From an uncultured Dehalococcoidaceae bacterium (lineage in GTDB: Bacteria > Chloroflexota > Dehalococcoidia > Dehalococcoidales > RBG-16-60-22), in contig CAZBMB010000005.1 of NCBI GenBank assembly GCA_964493435.1, positions 3,182-67,181 of the forward strand: 64,000 nt of DNA, read 5' to 3'. Positions 57,694 to 64,000 of this stretch are shown in pieces. The notes under the pieces were generated by a model. The model saw nothing but the letters and a program-made list of their open reading frames with translations. It did no database searches and was not told the origin of the DNA. Both the position numbers and the translations under genes were made by a program. Each line of letters starts with the position of its first letter. Position 1 is the stretch's first letter.

Positions 57694-58702
57694 GCTGCAC
57701 CTCAAGTGGCACGTTAGGGATTACATCAAGTGACATGTCATCAGCCGGACCATATGCCAGTCTGGCACGGCCAGCGGCCGCAATCATAGCCGCGTTATCC
57801 GTACACAGCGAAAGGGCCGGGAAATACACGTTGATGCCCTCCCGGTTACAGGTGTCCGAAAACACCTCCCTCAAGCGGCGATTGGCCGAGACACCGCCGG
57901 TAACGCTGATGGCGGGTACCTCACATTGTCTGGCGGCGTGTATCGTCTTTGCCACCAGCACATCCACCACGGCTTCCTGAAAGCTGGCGGCAATATCCTC
58001 AAGAGGCAGTGCTTTACCATCGGCAAGCTGGTCTTTAAAGGCATTTATGACGGCTGTTTTCAGACCACTGAAGCTGAAATAATTGGCTTTCGCCTTTAAC
58101 AGTGGACGCGGAAAGTGAAAGGCTTTCCGGTCGCCCTGGGCGGCCAGGCGGTCAATCACCGGGCCGCCGGGAAAACCAAGGTCAAGGAACTTGGCAATCT
58201 TGTCAAAGGCTTCACCGGCGGCATCATCGACTGTCCCGCCGAGCAGTTCATACTGACAGTGGTCTCTCACGTGGACAAGCAAAGTGTGGCCGCCGGACAC
58301 CGTCAGGCAGACATGGGGCAGCGGTAATTCTGGATTACTCAACATATTGGCGAAGATGTGGCCCTCTATGTGGTGTACTCCGATTAGCGGCACCCGCAGC
58401 ACGTAGCTCAGCGTCTTGGCCGCCGCCACCCCGACCAGCAGCGAGCCCACCAGCCCCTGCTTCGCCGTTACCGCTACCGCCTCCACGTCACGCAGAGTCT
58501 TGCCACCAACACCAAGCGCCTCGTTGATAACGTAGCCGATGAGTTCAGTATGCCGCCGCGCGGCAATCTCCGGTACCACACCGCCATATTTGCGGTGCAG
58601 CTCCAGTTGATTGGCGATTATATTGGAGAGCACGGTTTTGCCGTCGGCCACCAGTGCCGCCGATGTCTCGTCACAGGAAGTCTCGATACCCAGTACCAGC
58701 AT
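57683..58702 (-). CDS. tsaD: tRNA N6-threonylcarbamoyltransferase
   Basis: GIETSCDET, YGGVVPE, HHIEGH, SGGHT and DDAAGEAFDK motifs. Confidence 0.96.
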   Translation of the reverse strand: MLVLGIETSCDETSAALVADGKTVLSNIIANQLELHRKYGGVVPEIAARRHTELIGYVINEALGVGGKTLRDVEAVAVTAKQGLVGSLLVGVAAAKTLSYVLRVPLIGVHHIEGHIFANMLSNPELPLPHVCLTVSGGHTLLVHVRDHCQYELLGGTVDDAAGEAFDKIAKFLDLGFPGGPVIDRLAAQGDRKAFHFPRPLLKAKANYFSFSGLKTAVINAFKDQLADGKALPLEDIAASFQEAVVDVLVAKTIHAARQCEVPAISVTGGVSANRRLREVFSDTCNREGINVYFPALSLCTDNAAMIAAAGRARLAYGPADDMSLDVIPNVPLEVQHAG

Positions 58703-58708
58703 TTTCAA

Positions 58709-59422
58709 TTATCCTTGTTGCGCCGCCTGGACTTGCTTCTTGTACTTGTTCACAAAAGCCCTGGCCGTCGATTCTTTCAGGTATAAAGGTGCCAGAGCCA
58801 GCGTATCATTATGCTCTCCGCTTTCAAGATGCGCTGCTGCCAGCAGCGCCGCCGCCGCCCCGCTGGGGGTGCCTTGCATCGCTTCAATGGTATTCGTCGG
58901 TATATAATGAAGCATCATATCCCGGTACTTTGGCGCCTCATCCGCCACCAGAACGGTGGGCTCTTTTATCAGCCCCGCCAGGCCGGGAATATCACCAACG
59001 TAGTAATCACCTATCTGGTGTACCTCACCATTACCAAGACGGTAGAAAGCTGCGTAAACCGCCCCCCCGGCACCAGCGTCTATAATCGGGCAGACGAGTT
59101 TCTGTGAATCGCGGGCGCGATAAGCAAGCACTTCAAGCGTGGAAATACCTTTTATTGGCCTGCCAGTGCAGTATGCCAGCATCTTGCCCACCGTCACCCC
59201 TATCCGTATGCCTGTCCAGGAACCCGGCCCCAAGCCGACGCCAAATCCTTCGATATCTTCAAGGCTGAGTCCGTTCTCCTTGAGTACGCTATCCACATTG
59301 AGCATGATTTTGGCCAGCGACTCGTTTCTGGTCTCGAGAACAAAATCGGCCAGAATGCGCTCGCCACCCACCACGCCAATGGCATTGGCATAACCTGAAG
59401 TATCAATGCCCAGTACCAGCAT
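58709..59422 (-). CDS. tsaB: t6A biosynthesis protein TsaB
   Basis: LGIDTS, GPGSWTGIRIG and PLYL motifs; lies between tsaE and tsaD. Confidence 0.9.
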   Translation of the reverse strand: MLVLGIDTSGYANAIGVVGGERILADFVLETRNESLAKIMLNVDSVLKENGLSLEDIEGFGVGLGPGSWTGIRIGVTVGKMLAYCTGRPIKGISTLEVLAYRARDSQKLVCPIIDAGAGGAVYAAFYRLGNGEVHQIGDYYVGDIPGLAGLIKEPTVLVADEAPKYRDMMLHYIPTNTIEAMQGTPSGAAAALLAAAHLESGEHNDTLALAPLYLKESTARAFVNKYKKQVQAAQQG

Positions 59423-59913
59423 CAGCCCTCAAGCCCCCTGATTAGCGCGTTTGACTTCTCGCCAGAACCGGTCAGTTTCAGGCGGCGCTCCCGGGGTGAA
59501 AGCACCTCAAACTGCACCCGCAGATAGTCATCGGGCAGCAGGGAAAGCACTTTCTCCGCCCACTCCAGCACAACAACGCTGTTCTCAGCCCTGGACAGAT
59601 AGTCAAGCATGCCTATTTCAAACCCGTCTTCTATATTATTAATGCGGTAGAGGTCAACGTGACAGATGGGAAGTCGCCCCCGGTACTCATTGACAAAGGC
59701 AAAGGTGGGGCTGTTAACCTCTCTCTCCGGAACACCCAGGCCAATACATAAACCGCGGGTGAAAAGCGTTTTACCGCAACCAAGTTCGCCCACCAGGGCA
59801 ATAACGCTCCCTCCAGCGATTTTCCCACCTAACCGTTTACCAAAACGAAGTGTGGCCGCCGGGCTGTCGCTTAAAAAAACATGTGCCGTTCTGGCGATTT
59901 TTGAGGCTGACAT
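59422..59913 (-). CDS. tsaE: t6A biosynthesis ATPase TsaE
   Basis: GELGCGKT, VNSPTF, HVDLYRI and LEWAE motifs. Confidence 0.94.
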   Translation of the reverse strand: MSASKIARTAHVFLSDSPAATLRFGKRLGGKIAGGSVIALVGELGCGKTLFTRGLCIGLGVPEREVNSPTFAFVNEYRGRLPICHVDLYRINNIEDGFEIGMLDYLSRAENSVVVLEWAEKVLSLLPDDYLRVQFEVLSPRERRLKLTGSGEKSNALIRGLEG

Positions 59914-59939
59914 TCTGAAAGAGCAGCTCGTTATTCCCC

Positions 59940-59968
59940 TTGACGGTAGTATATCATAATGGTAATCT
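59940..59968 (+). promoter_or_regulatory. sigma70-type promoter of guaA
   Basis: TTGACG, 17 bp, TAATCT. Confidence 0.5.
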
Positions 59969-59981
59969 GTGTTCTATAAAC

Positions 59982-61667
59982 ATGGTGAAGAGGAAGGCCA
60001 AACCATCCGCCGACAGAAGCCTCCGCATTGCCACGACCGATGATATTGAAGTCTCCACTTATCTGGAAATCGCCAAGAAGATAGGCGGGGAACAGCCGTC
60101 GGTAGCCGAGGAAGCGGTCTCTGGGGCAGAACGTGAAGCGGTCATCGTTATTGACTTTGGCTCACAATACAGCTTGCTTATCGCCCGCCGCGTCCGTGAA
60201 TGCCAGGTCTACTGCGAACTGGTGCCCCATGACGCCCCCTGGGAAAAGATAGCCCCGCTCAATCCCCGGGGCTTTATTCTTTCCGGCGGACCGAGAAGCG
60301 TATATGAGCCAAACGCACCACTGGCACCATCTTATATCTATGAAAGTGGCCTCCCGGTGCTTGGTATATGCTACGGAATGGGAGTTATCGCCAAGCAGCT
60401 GGGCGGAAAGGTGGCGCCGGGAACAAAGCGCGAGTATGGCCACGCCGTCCTTCACCTGAGCAATCTGGACTCGTCACTGTTTGCCGACCTGCCCGAGTCG
60501 ATACCGGTCTGGATGAGCCATGGCGACCGTATTGAAGAGCTGCCGCCCGGTTTTGCTGCCATCGCCTACACGGAAAACTCGCCGGTGGCGGTCATGGGCA
60601 ATGGCGCCGGAGTCTTTGGCCTTCAGTTCCACCCCGAGGTCGTTCATACCCCGGAAGGCAAAACGATACTGCGCAATTTTGTCTACCGGGTATGCGGCTG
60701 CAAGGGCAACTGGACCATAGGCAGCTTCATCAGTGACAGCATCGCCCGGATTAGGGAGAGCGTTGGCGATGGCAAGGTCATCTGCGCGCTCTCCGGTGGC
60801 GTTGACTCGGCAGTGGTAGCCACGTTAATCCATCGCGCCATCGGCGACCAGCTAACCTGCATTTTCGTCAACAATGGCTTACTGCGCCGCGAGGAGGTAG
60901 AAAGAACCCTCAAGGTATTCCGGGAAAACCTGGGGATGAATATCCGTTATGTTGACGCCAGCGAACGATTCCTCGCCCGCCTGAAAGGCGTCATTGACCC
61001 CGAGGTGAAACGCAAGGCCATCGGCGAGGAGTTTATACACGTCTTTGAAGAGGAAGCAAAAAAAGCGGGCAAGGTTGATTTTCTGGCTCAGGGAACCCTG
61101 TATCCGGATGTCATCGAGAGCGTATCTTCAGTGAGCAACGTCTCCGCCAAGATAAAGACCCATCACAACGTTGGCGGTCTGCCGGCCAGAATGACATTGA
61201 AACTTCTTGAGCCGTTGCGCTATCTCTTCAAAGATGAGGTGCGCCACGTCGGACTGGAACTGGGCATGCCCGAAGAAATGGTCTGGCGACAGCCTTTCCC
61301 CGGCCCCGGCCTGGCCATCCGCATCATCGGCGAGGTGACAAAGGAAAAACTTGAGATTTTGCGCAGCGCCGACTTCATCGTCATGAACGAAATCAAGAAG
61401 GCGAAGCTTTATCGCCAGCTCTGGCAGAGTTTCGCCATCCTGCCCGATATTCACAGCGTGGGCGTGATGGGCGACTACCGCACCTACGGCCATGTGATTG
61501 CCATCCGTGCCGTGACCAGCGAAGATGCCATGACGGCGGACTGGGCGCGCATGCCCTATGACCTTATGGCCCGCATCTCCAACCGCATTGTTAATGAAGT
61601 GCCCGAGGTTAACCGCGTCGTCTTAGATATAACCTCCAAACCCCCCTCAACCATAGAGTGGGAGTGA
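59982..61667 (+). CDS. guaA: GMP synthase (glutamine-hydrolysing)
   Basis: [32 protein letters not shown] and KPPSTIEWE motifs; start uncertain (ATG 59982 chosen). Confidence 0.95.
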   Translation: MVKRKAKPSADRSLRIATTDDIEVSTYLEIAKKIGGEQPSVAEEAVSGAEREAVIVIDFGSQYSLLIARRVRECQVYCELVPHDAPWEKIAPLNPRGFILSGGPRSVYEPNAPLAPSYIYESGLPVLGICYGMGVIAKQLGGKVAPGTKREYGHAVLHLSNLDSSLFADLPESIPVWMSHGDRIEELPPGFAAIAYTENSPVAVMGNGAGVFGLQFHPEVVHTPEGKTILRNFVYRVCGCKGNWTIGSFISDSIARIRESVGDGKVICALSGGVDSAVVATLIHRAIGDQLTCIFVNNGLLRREEVERTLKVFRENLGMNIRYVDASERFLARLKGVIDPEVKRKAIGEEFIHVFEEEAKKAGKVDFLAQGTLYPDVIESVSSVSNVSAKIKTHHNVGGLPARMTLKLLEPLRYLFKDEVRHVGLELGMPEEMVWRQPFPGPGLAIRIIGEVTKEKLEILRSADFIVMNEIKKAKLYRQLWQSFAILPDIHSVGVMGDYRTYGHVIAIRAVTSEDAMTADWARMPYDLMARISNRIVNEVPEVNRVVLDITSKPPSTIEWE

Positions 61668-61792
61668 GAGAAAATCCGGAGGAGTTAAAGGAGCAAAGCC
61701 CGTCTTTATAATATTCCCGAGAAGTGTAAGGGGCAGAAGTTGATAGCGGGGTATTCAAGAAGGGCGAAATCCCTGAAAAAATATGGGTAGTT

Positions 61793-61866
61793 TGAAGGGG
61801 TTCACCCCTTCATTATATCTTTTCCCCCTCTCCTTCAAAAGGAGAGGGGGACACAGGGGGTGAGGT
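61793..61866. repeat. twin-hairpin REP-like element, copy 2
   Basis: TGAAGGGG-TTCA-CCCCTTCA; TCCCCCTCTCCTT-CAA-AAGGAGAGGGGGA; tail AGGGGGTGAGGT. Confidence 0.75.
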
Positions 61867-61868
61867 AG

Positions 61869-63134
61869 ATAAAGGTACTGGTCGTCGGTAGTGGGGCGCG
61901 GGAGCACACGCTGGTCTGGAAGCTCGCCCGGAGCCCGAAAGTCAAAGAGCTTTTCGCGGCGCCGGGAAACGCCGGTACTGCCCAGCAGGCCCATAACCTG
62001 CCCGTAAGCCCTACCGACATTGAGGCGCTGCTCAGGGCAGTAAAAGACAATAAAATTGACCTGACGCTAGTCGGCCCAGAGGCGCCGCTGGCAAAGGGTA
62101 TCGTGGACATATTTAATAAGGAAGGCCTGTCCATCTTTGGCCCGACCAGTGCCGCCGCCCAGATTGAGACCAGCAAGGTGTTTGCCAAGTGGCTGATGCA
62201 GAAATACGGTATCCCCTGTGCGCGCAGCGCCAGCTTCTCCGATTATGCACAGGCGAAAGAATATGTCAGAAAGCAGGCCCCACCGGTGGTCATCAAAGCC
62301 GATGGGCTGGCGGCGGGGAAGGGCGTGGTCGTTGCCGAGTCGACCGGGCAGGCCCTTGATGCCCTCAGCAGCTTCATGGAAGCGAAAACACTGGGCACCG
62401 CGGGAGAGCAGATAGTAGTGGAGGAGCACCTCTCCGGCCGGGAGATGAGCGCTTTCGCCTTCACCGATGGCACCTCAGTCGTCCCCATGGTACCTGCCTG
62501 CGACTACAAACGCATTTTTGACGGCAACCGCGGGCCCAATACCGGCGGCATGGGCAGCTACAGCCCGCCCTACTTCCTCAGCCCCCAACTGGAAAAGACA
62601 GCCAGAGAAACCGTCATGGAGCCAGCCGTAAAGGCTCTGCAAAAGGAGGGGCGACCTTACAAAGGTGTGCTCTATGGCGGTCTTATGGTTACCAAAAACG
62701 GGCCAAAAGTGTTAGAATTTAATGCCCGATTTGGCGACCCGGAAACGCAAGTGGTGCTGCCAAGGCTAAAGAGTGACCTGGTAGACATTATCATGGCCGT
62801 CGTGGATAACAAACTTGACCGGGTGCAGGCACAATGGAGCGAAGACGCCTGCGTCGGCGTGGTGATGGCCTCGGCCGGGTATCCGGGGAACTATCAGACC
62901 GGCTTTCCCATTTCCGGGCTTGACGAGGTCGATAAAGATATTATGGTTTTCCATGCCGGCACAAAGACAGGTTCAGCGCCAGGTGAGGTGGTGACCAGCG
63001 GTGGCAGGGTCCTGACCGTAACCGCTACCGGCAAAGACCTCACCAAGGCAAGGAAGAAAGTATATAATAATATCGTACGGATACGATTTGAAGGCTGTCA
63101 GTACCGCAAAGATATTGCGGAAATAAAGAATTAA
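61869..63134 (+). CDS. purD: phosphoribosylamine--glycine ligase (non-canonical ATA start inferred)
   Basis: frame reads [19 protein letters not shown]...APGNAG...VGPEAPL from ATA 61869, 78 codons upstream of the ORF-track start; [11 protein letters not shown] and [10 protein letters not shown] motifs. Confidence 0.92.
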   Translation: MKVLVVGSGAREHTLVWKLARSPKVKELFAAPGNAGTAQQAHNLPVSPTDIEALLRAVKDNKIDLTLVGPEAPLAKGIVDIFNKEGLSIFGPTSAAAQIETSKVFAKWLMQKYGIPCARSASFSDYAQAKEYVRKQAPPVVIKADGLAAGKGVVVAESTGQALDALSSFMEAKTLGTAGEQIVVEEHLSGREMSAFAFTDGTSVVPMVPACDYKRIFDGNRGPNTGGMGSYSPPYFLSPQLEKTARETVMEPAVKALQKEGRPYKGVLYGGLMVTKNGPKVLEFNARFGDPETQVVLPRLKSDLVDIIMAVVDNKLDRVQAQWSEDACVGVVMASAGYPGNYQTGFPISGLDEVDKDIMVFHAGTKTGSAPGEVVTSGGRVLTVTATGKDLTKARKKVYNNIVRIRFEGCQYRKDIAEIKN

Positions 63135-63145
63135 GGGAGCGCAAT

Positions 63146-63610
63146 ATGCCTTTGGTCGGCGTGGTCATGGGTTCCAAGTCGGACACGGAAGCGCTCAAAC
63201 CGACTCTGGAGATACTGGAGCAGCTTGGCATTGACTACGAGGTCAATGTCATCTCCGCCCATCGCACGCCAGAGAAGGCCCGGCAGTACGGGATGACAGC
63301 CCACGAGCGCGGCATTGAGGTCATCATCGCTGCTGCCGGAGGTGCGGCACACCTGCCCGGGGTCCTGGCCAGCTGGTCTACCCTGCCGCTTATTGGCGTG
63401 CCGGTAGCCGCCGGAGAACTGAAAGGTGTTGACGCCCTTTACTCTATTGTCCAGATGCCAGCAGGGATACCAGTTGCCTGCGTGGCCATTGGCACCGCCG
63501 GGGCCAAGAATGCCGCCTATCTGGCTGCTGAAATTCTGGGTATCAAGCATAAGGATATCCATGAGGCTTATGCCAAATATCGGCGTAACCTGCAAGGAGA
63601 ATTAAAATGA
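63146..63610 (+). CDS. purE: N5-carboxyaminoimidazole ribonucleotide mutase
   Basis: [33 protein letters not shown] motifs. Confidence 0.96.
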   Translation: MPLVGVVMGSKSDTEALKPTLEILEQLGIDYEVNVISAHRTPEKARQYGMTAHERGIEVIIAAAGGAAHLPGVLASWSTLPLIGVPVAAGELKGVDALYSIVQMPAGIPVACVAIGTAGAKNAAYLAAEILGIKHKDIHEAYAKYRRNLQGELK

Positions 63611-64000
63611 TTGAACGCTATTCCCGCCCGCAGATGAAACGGGTGTGGTCTGAAGATAATAAATTCAATAAGTGGCTGGAGGTGGAGATAGCTGTCTGCG
63701 ATGCCTGGGCGGAAATAGGAGCCGTGCCCCGCGAGGTCATCCCGAAAATTAAGATGGCCAAATGCAACCTCAAGCGCATGGAAGAGATTTTAAAGGAAAC
63801 CCGCCATGATATGACCGCGTTCCTCGGTTCCGTGGCAGAGAGCCTGGGAGAGGAATCACGTTTTATCCATCTCGGTCTGACCTCGTCCGATGTCATGGAC
63901 ACGGCGCTCAGCCTGCAGCTGGTTGAAGCCACGGAACTGCTCACCGAAGACGTGAAAGAGTTCATCACCGTGCTGGCGCAAAAGGCCATGGAGCATAAAT
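63607..64000 (+). CDS. purB: adenylosuccinate lyase (5' part; runs off the window)
   Basis: hand translation [27 protein letters not shown]...ETRHDMTAF...[13 protein letters not shown]; ATGA overlap with purE; absent from the ORF track. Confidence 0.95.
   Translation, partial: MIERYSRPQMKRVWSEDNKFNKWLEVEIAVCDAWAEIGAVPREVIPKIKMAKCNLKRMEEILKETRHDMTAFLGSVAESLGEESRFIHLGLTSSDVMDTALSLQLVEATELLTEDVKEFITVLAQKAMEHK

Noticed and set aside
61668-61792. purine or ZMP riboswitch between guaA and purD
   Set aside because: TATAAT is present but the conserved aptamer cores (ATATGG, TTCTAC, CCGTAAA) are not in register
63618-63989. 123-aa minus-strand ORF
   Set aside because: Antisense shadow of purB; the many other ORF-track entries nested in called genes were dropped for the same reason

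Overview
This is a gene-dense chromosomal segment with no integrase, transposase or CRISPR array visible. Gene content and protein style suggest an anaerobic Chloroflexota, most likely Dehalococcoidia; that assignment is inference. The left part holds an 11-gene MrpA-less Mrp antiporter operon with three MrpD-like subunits, a Na+/Ca2+ exchanger, a four-subunit 2-oxoacid:ferredoxin oxidoreductase operon between two tRNAs, and a promoter-to-terminator hisF + stand-alone glutamate-synthase FMN-domain pair. It also carries a K+ channel, a rubredoxin missed by the ORF track, fused trehalose-6-P synthase/phosphatase + GT4, and sugar/glycolytic genes. The right part holds hflX-dapL-dapF-miaA-tpiA-pgk-dxs, a short ThyA operon, the ilv/leu cluster with a duplicated ilvN, the complete tsaEBDC cluster and guaA-purD-purE-purB (purB truncated by the window edge). 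Five tRNA genes are present. The most unusual stretch is the AT-rich 29.4-31.3 kb region where gene orientation converges. It contains a dif-like 28-mer, several XerD-arm-like half sites, a 12-bp inverted repeat ending exactly at the start codon of an orphan ORF (possible invertible switch), an AT-rich channel-like ORF and a twin-hairpin repeat. A second copy of that repeat abuts purD, which has no canonical start codon.
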